32,000 nt of DNA from Thermococcus kodakarensis KOD1 (GCF_000009965.1 NC_006624.1:1470001-1502000), one strand, 5' to 3'; positions 1-10,770 are shown, counted from the first letter of the stretch. A program made the numbers and translations. The notes: a model not told the origin generated them from the sequence alone.

Positions 1-344
1 TTGACAGCAACGACAACATCGCGAGCTTTAGCAACCGCCAGCCAGAGGTAAGCGCTCCGGGCGTTGACATACTCAGCACCTACCCGGACGACAGCTACGA
101 GACCCTCATGGGAACCAGCATGGCCACTCCGCACGTGAGCGGTGTGGTTGCACTCATTCAGGCGGCATACTACCAGAAGTACGGAAAGATTCTACCTGTT
201 GGAACCTTTGACGACATAAGCAAGAACACCGTGAGGGGAATTCTCCACATAACCGCTGATGACCTTGGTCCGACAGGATGGGACGCCGACTACGGTTACG
301 GTGTTGTGAGGGCTGCCCTTGCCGTCCAGGCCGCCCTGGGCTGA
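1..344 (+). CDS. Subtilisin-family serine protease, C-terminal fragment (gene starts upstream of the window)
   Basis: Frame 3 is open from the window edge (DSNDNIASFSNRQPEVSAPGVDILSTYP...). It contains the catalytic-Ser box [11 protein letters not shown], with stop TGA at 342-344. The C-terminal ...GYGVVRAALAVQAALG matches my memory of Tk-subtilisin. Confidence 0.9.
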   Translation, partial: DSNDNIASFSNRQPEVSAPGVDILSTYPDDSYETLMGTSMATPHVSGVVALIQAAYYQKYGKILPVGTFDDISKNTVRGILHITADDLGPTGWDADYGYGVVRAALAVQAALG

Positions 345-419
345 TTTAAAACACTTTTTACCCTTTTCTCCATTTACTTTCCTTCCAAAAAGAGATAAAG
401 AAAACAAGAAAGAAGACGC

Positions 420-1592
420 TCAATCAATGCTCAAGTTGAGCTTCTTCGCCTGCTCCAGCACGTACTCTCTTATCTCCTTCGCCTTTGGAAGCTCCGCCAC
501 TATCTTGCCGTTCTCTATGAGCGGCTTGAGGAGCGGCTCGACCTTTGCACCGCAGACGGGACATTTCTCAAGCTTCTTCTCCACGGGAACGCGGTGGTAG
601 TGGCCGTTCTCGCAGCGGTAGATCTGCTTCCTGCCGCTGAGCTTGCCGCGCTTCGTTATCGGCTTTCCTTCGACTTCCACGATATCAAGGGAGAAGTCAA
701 CCGGCTTAGCGCTCGCTATTGCACTGCCCACACCAAAGGCATCGGCCACATCCGCCAGCTCCTTCAGGCTTTCCTCGTTCAGTCCTCCGCTGAGGAATAT
801 TTTGACGTGGTTGTACCCCCTTAAATCTAGCTCCCAGCGAACCTCCTCGACGATCTTTCTGAAGTTGCCGCGTCTAGAGCTGGGTGTGTCAAGTCTTACT
901 GCGTTGAGCCTATCTCCAAGGGCCTCTGCCGCCATTAAGGCCTCAAACTTCTCGTCGCATAGGGTATCCACAAGTGCCGTCCTCGGGACTTCGGGGGGCA
1001 TAACCTCGTCGTAGTACTTCCAGGCCTTCACCTGGTCGCCGATTGTTAAGATCAGCGCATGGGGCATCGTGCCAACGGGCTTTTCGCCTATCATCTCAGC
1101 TCCTAGGACACCTGAGACGCCATCACAGCCACCAATGAATGCGGAGCGGTCTATCATTGGAGCTATCGCCGGGTGCATGTGCCTTATCCCGAAGGAGTAG
1201 ACGGGCTTAAACTTGGCAGCTATCTTGATCCTGAGGGCGGCGGTGGCTATGCCGCTCGCTTGACTGAGCATGCCGAGCAAAGCCGTCTCGTAGATGCCAA
1301 ACTCGTCGTAGTAGCCCTCTATCTGCAGAACCGGTTCGTAGGGGTGGAATATCGTTCCTTCAGGCATCGCATAGACGTTCACAGGGAGCCCCTCGAGGAG
1401 CTTCGCAACCTCTTCTATCCCCGCTAAAACACCCCACTTCCAGCCGTGAGGAAGGCTTGTGGTGCCCACGTCTGCGAAGACCCTCTTCTTTATCCCTTTC
1501 TCACGGAGGATTTTTTGGGTGCGGATGAAGTAGACGTCGGTCGTTTTGCCCGCCTTTATATCATCCTCATGGGCAATGTAGAAGTCGCGCAT
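420..1592 (-). CDS. Archaeal-type nicotinate phosphoribosyltransferase family protein with C-terminal zinc-ribbon
   Basis: The 390-393 aa ORF has an overall PRTase type II pattern (N-terminal DVYF..., TIM-barrel-like middle with RLDTPSSRRG). The C-terminus carries CENGH...CPVCG. ATG at 1592 is preceded by AGGTGA; the track start at 1601 is GTG. Confidence 0.8.
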   Translation of the reverse strand: MRDFYIAHEDDIKAGKTTDVYFIRTQKILREKGIKKRVFADVGTTSLPHGWKWGVLAGIEEVAKLLEGLPVNVYAMPEGTIFHPYEPVLQIEGYYDEFGIYETALLGMLSQASGIATAALRIKIAAKFKPVYSFGIRHMHPAIAPMIDRSAFIGGCDGVSGVLGAEMIGEKPVGTMPHALILTIGDQVKAWKYYDEVMPPEVPRTALVDTLCDEKFEALMAAEALGDRLNAVRLDTPSSRRGNFRKIVEEVRWELDLRGYNHVKIFLSGGLNEESLKELADVADAFGVGSAIASAKPVDFSLDIVEVEGKPITKRGKLSGRKQIYRCENGHYHRVPVEKKLEKCPVCGAKVEPLLKPLIENGKIVAELPKAKEIREYVLEQAKKLNLSID

Positions 1593-1692
1593 GGTTCTCA
1601 CCTTGGAAAATAGTTAAGCCCCTCAATATAAGGGTTTTTGGTCTCCACAGACCTTATGAGGGACGAGTTCGTAATAACCCGTGGGGATTCCT

Positions 1693-2484
1693 ATGAGAGA
1701 TCCTATCTCCAAACTCGTATCCCTCACTGGAAAGAGGGCCCTTATCACGGGAGCGGCCTCTGGGATAGGGAAGGCAACAGCACTCCGCTTCGCCGAGGCA
1801 GGGGCTGCACTTGAGCTGGTTGACATAGACGAGCTGGGCCTCAAAGGCGTCAAGAAGGAGGCCGAAGAGTTCGGCGTCGAGGTGAATACCCACCGCGTTG
1901 ACATCTCGCGTAAGGTCGAGATCGATGCCCTCTGGAAGGCCCTTGAGGGGAGAGAACCCAACATCCTCGTCAACAACGCGGGCGTCTACTGGTTCAAGGA
2001 CTTTACCGAAGTTAATGAGGACTTCTATGAGAGGGTGATGAACATCAACCTCCACTCCGTCTTCTGGACGTGCCAGCACTTCGTGAGGGCAAGGAAAGAT
2101 GAAGGCGGCGTTATCGTCAACGTGAGTTCAATCGAGGCATTCCTGCCCTTCGCGAGGGGTCTCGTCCACTACGACGTTGCGAAGCTCGGGGTCGTCGCCC
2201 TCACGAGGGCCATAGCCAGGGAGTACGGAAAGAAAATAAGGGCCAACGTCGTCGTCCCAGGGGGTATAGAGACGGAGGGTGTAAAGAGACTCAAAAAGGA
2301 GGCGATAATGAAGTTCGACACCGAAAAGATTGGCATATCCTTCCACTTTAACGCACGCCTTCCGATGGGCCGCTTCGGAGAACCCGACGAGGTTGCAAGG
2401 GTAATCCTCTTCCTCGCTAGCGATTTAGCAAGCTACGTGAACGGGGCTATAGTTCCGGTGGACGGGGGCTTTCTGTCCACATAG
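1693..2484 (+). CDS. Short-chain dehydrogenase/reductase (SDR), 3-oxoacyl-ACP-reductase-like
   Basis: Carries the Rossmann motif TGAASGIGKA, NNAG, and catalytic YxxxK (YDVAKLG). ATG at 1693 lies inside the GTG-started track ORF. Confidence 0.9.
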   Translation: MRDPISKLVSLTGKRALITGAASGIGKATALRFAEAGAALELVDIDELGLKGVKKEAEEFGVEVNTHRVDISRKVEIDALWKALEGREPNILVNNAGVYWFKDFTEVNEDFYERVMNINLHSVFWTCQHFVRARKDEGGVIVNVSSIEAFLPFARGLVHYDVAKLGVVALTRAIAREYGKKIRANVVVPGGIETEGVKRLKKEAIMKFDTEKIGISFHFNARLPMGRFGEPDEVARVILFLASDLASYVNGAIVPVDGGFLST

Positions 2485-2522
2485 AGAGCACACAGCCAAT
2501 TATGACACACCACAACTCAGTG

Positions 2523-4025
2523 TCATCGCTTCCCATCGTTTCTCCGTCTAAGGATGGCGACCGCCACCAACGCGGCAATAGCAGCAAGACCGCTCTTGAT
2601 AACTGCCCCCAGCGGAATGCCACTCCTTGGTTTTTTATACAGCGCCAAAAGCATCTCCCGAGTTAAGTCGCTGAACTGACCGTTCTTAAAGGCGTACACG
2701 CTATCATCGCCGAACACTAACCACTCTCCACAGCAAAACGCCACTTTATACTCACGCCCTTTGAGAGAACCCGGCAGCTCAACGCCCTTCCCCGATGTGA
2801 GGTTAAAGACGTGGGTTAGATTAAAAAAGAGAACCGAACTTCCGCCGGAGACCACAAGAGGGAATCCAGGTTCGACTTTCAATCCTGATAGAGTCCACCA
2901 GGGCCAGGTCGCTCCGAAACTGCCGTAATCCCTCACGTAAGCTATCCTGACAAACGAATCGTTGACGCTAAGGGAGTTTACCGGATCGAGCGAGAGGTTC
3001 CTGAGCTCGAACAGCTCAAGCCTTAGGCTGGCCCCCTCGGAATTCCCGAAAATCGGGGTGGTCGATAGGATGTAGCCCTTATTGGAGGTCACTAACGCGT
3101 GGAGTTCAGTGTAGTCGTTTTCGTCTTCAAAAGTGCGAATTTTGGCGAAGTCCGTGCCGTTGAACACCCAGACTGTCACAGAGGAATCGTTTTGAGATTC
3201 TCTAAAGAGTATCGGGCTCCCGATCCAGAAATCGGGTAGATAAATTCCCGCGTTTTCTGGAGTCCTGTTTTCTAGCCTCCTATTGTAAGTCAACACCAGC
3301 GACGAATTCTCTATGGTGAACATTCTAACCCATCCACCGTCAGCCGAGACTACCAGGAAGGTTCTGTTACCATCGACGGCTATTTCAGTTGAGTACCAGC
3401 CTGTTTCGCTAATTTTGCGCTTCGTGAGAACATTGCCATTCTCATCAACCAGATAGATCCAGGAATCAGCGAGGACCAACCAGGCGTTGAGCTGGGGCAC
3501 CCATCTCTCAAGCCCCGTGACGTTGAGGGGTATGAGGGTTCCATCCTTCAGGAGGTAGTCCCTGAACTCGTAAGAACACTCCCCGTGCGCGAGGTCGTCG
3601 TTTGGTCCAGCCCCCAGGAAGGTAATGTAGTACTCCCTGCCGTTCCAGGTGATATCAAGGTCGTTGTCGGTGCACGCACTTCCCCCACGGAAGGTGTGTA
3701 CGAGCTCAAACTTGCCGTGGCGGTAGAGATAGAGCTTCACTGTTACGGTGTCCCCCTTCTGAAGGAGCCAGTATTTTCCATTCCAGTGCCTCACGATGTA
3801 CTCCCTGCCGAAGGGGAGCTTCTCGGCCTCGAAGGAGCGGCCGTCGTAAACCACGCCGTAGAACCCGTTTGAGGTTTCGTTGAGGAGCAGGAACGCAATT
3901 TTATCGCCTGCAGGGTAGGCGTTCACGATTTTTAAGCTACTTTCAATGCCCAGTGCCGGAGCGGGGCTCACGATCAGAAAAATAAAGACAAAAGCGAGGG
4001 CAGCGCAGGTCACCAATCGGGGCAT
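2523..4025 (-). CDS. Hypothetical secreted protein with N-terminal signal peptide and C-terminal TM anchor
   Basis: The 500 aa ORF has a hydrophobic N-terminus (CAALAFVFIFLIVSPAPALG). Its C-terminus has a hydrophobic helix followed by RRRNDGKR. There are many N-x-S/T sequons. I recognise no catalytic motif. Confidence 0.75.
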   Translation of the reverse strand: MPRLVTCAALAFVFIFLIVSPAPALGIESSLKIVNAYPAGDKIAFLLLNETSNGFYGVVYDGRSFEAEKLPFGREYIVRHWNGKYWLLQKGDTVTVKLYLYRHGKFELVHTFRGGSACTDNDLDITWNGREYYITFLGAGPNDDLAHGECSYEFRDYLLKDGTLIPLNVTGLERWVPQLNAWLVLADSWIYLVDENGNVLTKRKISETGWYSTEIAVDGNRTFLVVSADGGWVRMFTIENSSLVLTYNRRLENRTPENAGIYLPDFWIGSPILFRESQNDSSVTVWVFNGTDFAKIRTFEDENDYTELHALVTSNKGYILSTTPIFGNSEGASLRLELFELRNLSLDPVNSLSVNDSFVRIAYVRDYGSFGATWPWWTLSGLKVEPGFPLVVSGGSSVLFFNLTHVFNLTSGKGVELPGSLKGREYKVAFCCGEWLVFGDDSVYAFKNGQFSDLTREMLLALYKKPRSGIPLGAVIKSGLAAIAALVAVAILRRRNDGKR

Positions 4026-4447
4026 TTCTCCCTCACCAGGTTAACATTCCTCAGGTTGGTACCATAGTAGTAAGCTCTATTGGGCCATAGTTCGCTTGTA
4101 TGGATATACACCCCATCAAGCCATCCCCTCCAATAGTCCAAACCTCTGATCCGGGGTTTTATTGTGTAATTTGAGTTATTAAAGAGCTCCCACTGCTCTT
4201 TATCATCCCTGACGAGTACAGGAATCTCGACGAGATAGGGGAGTTCAGGGTTTACCTCTTGTTCCAGCCATTGTGCCAGCTGCTTGCCGTCGTTGTAGCC
4301 ATTATCGTAGGACTGACCTCCTCCCCGCCGTGAATGGCGAGGGTTCCAACGAATTAACCCCTCGCTAAAGGCGGGAAGGTTTACGGGCACATTACCTACT
4401 CCCGTTACCGGTTTCGGTTCAGCCCGAGGGCACGGTCTTGTGCCCAT
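4010..4447 (-). CDS. Hypothetical protein (W/Y-rich), start uncertain
   Basis: The 145 aa ORF overlaps the start of the downstream gene by 16 nt. It has no recognisable motifs and an odd P/G/R-rich N-terminus. Confidence 0.4.
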   Translation of the reverse strand: MGTRPCPRAEPKPVTGVGNVPVNLPAFSEGLIRWNPRHSRRGGGQSYDNGYNDGKQLAQWLEQEVNPELPYLVEIPVLVRDDKEQWELFNNSNYTIKPRIRGLDYWRGWLDGVYIHTSELWPNRAYYYGTNLRNVNLVREKCPDW

Positions 4448-4541
4448 TACCCCTACCGCAAAGCGGTTTGGGGTTATGATTTAGAGGCCAAACCCCTTGG
4501 TTTTTGACTGTCTCAAAGGGCAGTTTTTTGAAGGACGCTTG

Positions 4542-4739
4542 TCAACGTCCTAACCACCCCAAAGCGGAGTGGTAACCGCTCATCGGCATCTGCCCATACT
4601 CTCCATCCCTACCAGGGGCATGGAGGACTATCATGTAGTCAAACCCGAGATCCCTCAGCTTAGAGGTCGGCATGTTGGTATCAAAGACCGCGTAGCTCCC
4701 GTACTGCGGCTTGAAATACCACAGCACATACGTCGTCAT
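4542..4739 (-). CDS. Hypothetical small protein
   Basis: The only support is a 65 aa ORF with an AT-rich promoter-like region upstream (4740-4880). Confidence 0.35.
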   Translation of the reverse strand: MTTYVLWYFKPQYGSYAVFDTNMPTSKLRDLGFDYMIVLHAPGRDGEYGQMPMSGYHSALGWLGR

Positions 4740-4882
4740 GATACCACTCCACTTAGTTTTTACCTTAGATACTTATAAATTTTTTGGATTTAGCATTTAA
4801 ATAATGTGATAAAATCCATGTTTCAATAATAAACTCCAATGCTATGTATCAAGACACAACAGAATAAGGGGGAAAGCGTTGA

Positions 4883-5782
4883 TTACAGTCTGAAAGGAAC
4901 CTCAGCCCCTTCTCCTTTCTCTATCTTGTGGAGCTCCCGCCTGTATGCTTCAAGCGGCCTATCTTCAACCTTAAGGTAGCCGGCGAAGGTCTTCGGCCTT
5001 TTTTCCAGCTCGTCGAAGAACTCAGGATAGCGCTTGTCGCGAACTATGTGGTGGTCGAGGATTACCTCCGCGTTCGTCTCCAGGATTATCTCGTTGAGGT
5101 TCTTAACGCCGGTTTCCCACGATCCCGTTGCTCTCGGGCCGAGATAAGTTGGGGGTCCGCCGGTTATGAGCAGGTCGGGGTTCTTTTCGATTATCCACTT
5201 GACAGATCTCCTGTTCAGCAGTTGAATATCACTGGCGTGGATTACCCTTTTGGAGCCATCGTCGATGAGAACCATCACGACGAAGCCGAGCTTACTTCCC
5301 TCGCTTCCATGCGGTACTGCCGGTGAAAACTCGATTGTAACGCCGCCAAGGTCGAAGCTTCTCCCGTCCGCGTACTCGATCTTCTTCGCTATCGCCTCTG
5401 CGTTCTTGAGGAATGCCCATGCCCTCTTTCTCTGGCTGAAGTTGATGTTTTCGGTAGGGTGTTTGATGAAGAGAATCTTTCCCGCATAGATTTCCCTCGC
5501 GTAATCCTCGCTGGAGCTCTCGTAGAGGCCTTCAAAGAAGGGGGTATGATGGTCGTAGTGGTAGTGGGAGATAGTCACGATGTCGGCCTTCCTCGCGTAG
5601 CCTTGCAGTTTCTTCCTCATCTGCTGGAGAGTTTTAAGCTCGACTTCCGCAGGAGGGAGGCCGTAGCGCTTCGGGCCGAGTGCTACACCCGGATCAATCA
5701 GTATCCTCAGCCCCCCAGCTTCAACGAAGGTCGCCAGGCTCCTAACCCCAAGGCTTTCAGATGCGAGTGGGATGACCCTCAT
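4883..5782 (-). CDS. Metallo-beta-lactamase-fold hydrolase (UPF0282-like)
   Basis: Carries an HxHxDH-type motif (SHYHYDHH) and the N-terminal MRVIPLASESLGVRS typical of the archaeal UPF0282 family. ATG at 5782 is preceded by GGTGA; an alternative ATG lies at 5794. Confidence 0.85.
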   Translation of the reverse strand: MRVIPLASESLGVRSLATFVEAGGLRILIDPGVALGPKRYGLPPAEVELKTLQQMRKKLQGYARKADIVTISHYHYDHHTPFFEGLYESSSEDYAREIYAGKILFIKHPTENINFSQRKRAWAFLKNAEAIAKKIEYADGRSFDLGGVTIEFSPAVPHGSEGSKLGFVVMVLIDDGSKRVIHASDIQLLNRRSVKWIIEKNPDLLITGGPPTYLGPRATGSWETGVKNLNEIILETNAEVILDHHIVRDKRYPEFFDELEKRPKTFAGYLKVEDRPLEAYRRELHKIEKGEGAEVPFRL

Positions 5783-5891
5783 TTTATCACCCATTAGCCA
5801 TGTTGATGAGCTGATTAATAATCCTGACTACTAACTTTCGGGTGTACAAGGCATAAATTTAAATAACATCCATGTATATCATGCGGATGTC

Positions 5892-6842
5892 ATGGGTGTG
5901 TATAAAGCGGCTGTGGTTCCTGTGGTAATATTATTCTTCATAACTGGACTACTCGGCCACAATACTGGCCGACTTAGCGATATTCCTGTTATTGGACCCC
6001 CCTGGGACCAGTTAACTACCAAAATGATAGACAGTATCTACGATGCCCTCGGAATTTACCTCGGTGTTGTTGGAGCTTTAGATAAGAGCATTTCGGATCA
6101 TGTCCCCGTTATTGGCTACTATCGGGGGGATGATTATCTATCCCAGAAGCTTAACGGTACATGTGCGTATCCATACTGGAGTTGCACTGGCTTCCCCCGT
6201 GAAGAACTACCCGAGATACTTCAGTCAGAAGTCGTTCAAAACTTTGTAACTTCCGTCATTGCGGATGCTGAGAAAAGGGTCGAGGAAGCAAATGTCCCAA
6301 GAGAAGATTACCTCCTTTACCTTAGAGGCACTGCATATGAGGCAATGGTAGAGCGAGCAAAGTACTGCGCAGGTGGACCAACGAAAGATCCCCGCTATGT
6401 TGTCTCTCACTGTGGAGACTGCGATGACTGGCATGTAATAGCCTACGCAATAATCTCCCGGATAAATGAAAAGCACGATATAAACGCAAGGTATTTCCTC
6501 ACAATGACTATGGACCACGCGTTTCTGACGGTTTATTATCCGGACGAAGGCATGTGGGAGATATACGATTGGTTCCCTCCGATAGGTCAGCTTTATAGTG
6601 AGAACTCTTCAAGCTACATAGAGCTTAATGGACATTGCCCGTATCTATATCAACAAGATAAATGCGTAGTAAAAATTAGAAGGTTTGGGAAATATTATGA
6701 TCTCCAAGATTTTTATGCCCATGAGGGAGAAGGAAATATAGGCTATATCTACGAGTTCCCCAACTTGAGGTACGTCTCTCTGGATGATCTCCTGGCCATA
6801 GAAGGAGACCCCGTGGTAAAGCATTTAAGCGGTAACCATTAG
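5892..6842 (+). CDS. Membrane-anchored hypothetical protein with a possible transglutaminase-like Cys-His-Asp core
   Basis: The N-terminus has a TM helix (VVPVVILFFITGLLG). The segment GDCDDWHVIAYAIISR...INARYF...DHAFLTVYYPDEGMWEIYDW parallels the G-x-C-x-dfa...ARyv...HAW.EVy...W..lDp pattern of transglutaminase-core domains. Confidence 0.6.
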   Translation: MGVYKAAVVPVVILFFITGLLGHNTGRLSDIPVIGPPWDQLTTKMIDSIYDALGIYLGVVGALDKSISDHVPVIGYYRGDDYLSQKLNGTCAYPYWSCTGFPREELPEILQSEVVQNFVTSVIADAEKRVEEANVPREDYLLYLRGTAYEAMVERAKYCAGGPTKDPRYVVSHCGDCDDWHVIAYAIISRINEKHDINARYFLTMTMDHAFLTVYYPDEGMWEIYDWFPPIGQLYSENSSSYIELNGHCPYLYQQDKCVVKIRRFGKYYDLQDFYAHEGEGNIGYIYEFPNLRYVSLDDLLAIEGDPVVKHLSGNH

Positions 6843-6851
6843 GTAATTCCG

Positions 6852-6911
6852 ACCGATGAGGAGTGTCATCCCTCCTGATGTCGAGATGATGACATTATCC
6901 CCACCTGAGGT
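6852..6911 (+). ncRNA. Candidate C/D box sRNA (2'-O-methylation guide)
   Basis: The layout is C box ATGAGGA (6856-6862), a 12-nt guide GTGTCATCCCTC, D' CTGA (6875-6878), a 7-nt spacer, C' ATGATGA (6886-6892), a 12-nt guide CATTATCCCCAC, and D CTGA (6905-6908). Flanking acc/ggt can pair. The exact 12-nt spacing on both halves is the archaeal hallmark. Confidence 0.65.
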
Positions 6912-6917
6912 GTTCCC

Positions 6918-7385
6918 ATGCTCGGGCTGTTCAGGAAAAAGAAGGAAAAAACGGGGCCGTTCGTTTATCTGAGCGAGCCTACCCTGCTTTACAACACCAA
7001 AACGGAGAAGGCCATAGTTGGGATAATCCGTGAGAAGCTCAACACCGATAATATACTCGTTCCCTCAAAGTACGGAATGAGAGACACCAGCAAATACATC
7101 CCCAAGGCGAGCTACTTCGTAGCGATAGCTCCCCTCGGGAAGTTCACTTCTCTAGTCGGAAGGGAAGTCAGGATAGCCCTTGAGAACGGCGTCAAAGTTT
7201 ACACCCTCCTGATTGCACGGGAAGGGGACGAGCTTGTTTACCTGTGGGTTGAAGGTGTTCCAGAGGACGTCGAGTGGCTTTCACCTGAAGAGACCATGGA
7301 GTTCACCAAAAGCTTCCTGAACAGCGAGTTCATGGATATTCTCAAACATGGCCTCGTTTTTGGCTCAAGAAAAAGAGAATGGTAA
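6918..7385 (+). CDS. Hypothetical protein
   Basis: A 155 aa ORF with GAGGTG 6 nt upstream of the ATG. No recognisable motifs. Confidence 0.7.
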   Translation: MLGLFRKKKEKTGPFVYLSEPTLLYNTKTEKAIVGIIREKLNTDNILVPSKYGMRDTSKYIPKASYFVAIAPLGKFTSLVGREVRIALENGVKVYTLLIAREGDELVYLWVEGVPEDVEWLSPEETMEFTKSFLNSEFMDILKHGLVFGSRKREW

Positions 7386-7394
7386 AGAAAAGGC

Positions 7395-8840
<1,446 letters not shown>

Positions 8841-9695
8841 TCAGATCACCCCCTTCTCGCGGAGCTTGGCGAGGTATCTTTCCCTCGCGAGGGCCTGCTG
8901 CTCGGCAAAGCGGGAGTCTCTCCTTATCACGTCGTCCCAGTCAACCTTGTGGGCATCGAACATTGGCCCGTCCCTACAGGCGAACTTTACCTCGCCGTCG
9001 TAGAGAATCCTGCACGAACCGCACATCCCGGTTCCATCCACCATTATCTGCCTCACCGTCGTTATCGTGGGGATGCCGTAGGGCCTGGTGAGTTCGGCGA
9101 GCTTCTTGAGGCTTCCCAACTTTCCACCCGCGAAAACGATGTCAACCTTGTCCTGCTCGATCAGCTCCTTTAAGACGTCAAGATAGTGGCCCTTCCTTCC
9201 AACGCTCCCGTCCTCGGTCGTTATGTAGAATTCATCGGCAACCGGCTTCGAGAGGAACTTTTCAGGATAGACGTGGTCTTTGGTCTCGAAGCTGTGAATC
9301 GCTATGGTGTAGTTGCCCGCCTCCTTCATCGCCTTGAGTGTGGCATAGCACTCAGCTTGGGCACAGACGGCATCGGCTGCAAAAACAACGTTGCCGTAGT
9401 GTTTGACTTCAATTGGCTTCCCAAGCGGCCCGGCAACGCTCAGAAGCTCGTCTCCAACCTGCTTCTCGTACCAGAGCTTGAAGGTCGTGACGCCGTGGCG
9501 CCTTATGAACATGCCCACCCTTCCAGTGTCCTTATCCGCATAGTAAACCGACATCGGCACCCTTTCGCCCTTCTCGTCCACGATGAGGACTATAAACTGT
9601 CCCGGCTTCCAAGAGCGGGCCACGTGCGGCGCTTCAACCTCCATGAAGAAGTCTATCACTGAAAGGTTCTCCTTGGCCGTTATCTTATATCCCAC
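8841..9695 (-). CDS. nfnA: Ferredoxin:NADP oxidoreductase small subunit (NfnA/SudB, FNR-like with C-terminal 2Fe-2S)
   Basis: Has an FNR-like fold pattern and a C-terminal C-x-S-C...C motif (GMCGSCRILYDGEVKFACRDGP). The GTG start is preceded by GAGGTG. Confidence 0.9.
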   Translation of the reverse strand: MGYKITAKENLSVIDFFMEVEAPHVARSWKPGQFIVLIVDEKGERVPMSVYYADKDTGRVGMFIRRHGVTTFKLWYEKQVGDELLSVAGPLGKPIEVKHYGNVVFAADAVCAQAECYATLKAMKEAGNYTIAIHSFETKDHVYPEKFLSKPVADEFYITTEDGSVGRKGHYLDVLKELIEQDKVDIVFAGGKLGSLKKLAELTRPYGIPTITTVRQIMVDGTGMCGSCRILYDGEVKFACRDGPMFDAHKVDWDDVIRRDSRFAEQQALARERYLAKLREKGVI

Positions 9696-9737
9696 AGTGC
9701 ACCACCTCGAACACGTGATCAGATATGTTCACCTTTA

Positions 9738-9782
9738 GTTTTGAACTCAAGGTTTATACGCTTTTTTTGAACCAAAGGTTTA
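9738..9782. promoter_or_regulatory. SurR-like operator pair bracketing the nfn TATA box
   Basis: GTTTTGAACTCAAGGTT (9738-9754) matches GTTn3AACn5GTT exactly. A second, near-duplicate TTTTTGAACCAAAGGTT lies at 9764-9780. A TATA-like TTTATAC (GTATAAA on the minus strand) sits at 9753-9759 between them. Confidence 0.4.
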
Positions 9783-9898
9783 GAACCCCAATTTTCACCA
9801 GAAAAGCCCTGAAGAACCTTCTTCAAAGAAAGGAGAAAGCTCTATTTCGACAGGCAATACTTTTTAGTTAGTTCAGCAAACTGTGAGCAGGTGATAGT

Positions 9899-10684
9899 AT
9901 GGTGAACATCCCGAAGAGTCACCCACGCTACTGGAGCCTCTACTACCGCGAAAAGATAATCGAAGGAATGGAGAAGGGAATGACTGCCAAAGCTGGACTA
10001 ATAGCCCACGGACGTGGAGAGGCCTTCGACTACCTGATCGGTGAGAGGACGATAGAACCAGCTGAGAGGGCCATGAGAGCTGCCGTTGCGAAGTTCCTTC
10101 TGGCTGAGCATCCAGTAATCTCAGTGAACGGAAACGTTGCTGCCCTCGTTCCAAAGGAAACGATAGAGCTGGCAAAGGCCCTCAACGCGAAGCTTGAGAT
10201 AAACCTCTTCTACCGCACGGAGGAGAGGGTTAGGACCATAGCAGAGGAGCTTAGGAAGTACGACCCGGAGATAGAGATACTCGGCATCAACCCGACGAAG
10301 AGAATCCCCGGCCTTGAGCACGAGCGCGGGAAGGTCGATGAAAACGGCATCTGGAAAGCCGACGTTGTTCTTGTCCCGCTCGAAGACGGCGACAGGACGG
10401 AAGCGCTTGTGAGGATGGGCAAGTTCGTCGTTACCGTTGACCTGAACCCTCTCTCGCGGAGCGCCAGGATGGCCGACATAACGATAGTAGACAACATTGT
10501 AAGGGCTTATCCAAGAATGGTAGAGCTCGCGAGGGAGATGAAGGACTACAGCAGGGAAGAACTCCTCAAGATTGTCGGGGAATACGACAACGGCAAAACC
10601 CTCAGCGACGTGCTGCTCCACATAAGGGACAGGCTAACGAGGCTGGCTGAGGAGGGGATATGGAGGAGAAAGGAGCTTGAGTGA
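9899..10684 (+). CDS. 4-phosphopantoate--beta-alanine ligase (archaeal phosphopantothenate synthetase, COG1701/DUF137 family)
   Basis: The 261 aa N-terminus [43 protein letters not shown] fits my memory of this archaea-specific CoA-pathway family (TK1686 in T. kodakarensis). AGGTGA precedes the ATG. Confidence 0.8.
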   Translation: MVNIPKSHPRYWSLYYREKIIEGMEKGMTAKAGLIAHGRGEAFDYLIGERTIEPAERAMRAAVAKFLLAEHPVISVNGNVAALVPKETIELAKALNAKLEINLFYRTEERVRTIAEELRKYDPEIEILGINPTKRIPGLEHERGKVDENGIWKADVVLVPLEDGDRTEALVRMGKFVVTVDLNPLSRSARMADITIVDNIVRAYPRMVELAREMKDYSREELLKIVGEYDNGKTLSDVLLHIRDRLTRLAEEGIWRRKELE

Positions 10685-10770
10685 AGCCTTTCCTTTTGTT
10701 ACCTTTTTGTTGTCAGCCTTAAAAACAAAGAGAACCCCTCAAGAAGGGATAAGGGAAGATTAAAAAAGAT

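Noticed and set aside
4448-4541. Whether the 65 aa and 145 aa minus-strand ORFs are halves of one frameshifted gene, or the gap holds a GC-hairpin ncRNA
   Set aside because: An in-frame stop lies 11 codons upstream of the 145 aa ORF, and no recognisable family motif is split across the gap. The hairpins are short (4-6 bp) and unremarkable, so evidence is insufficient either way.
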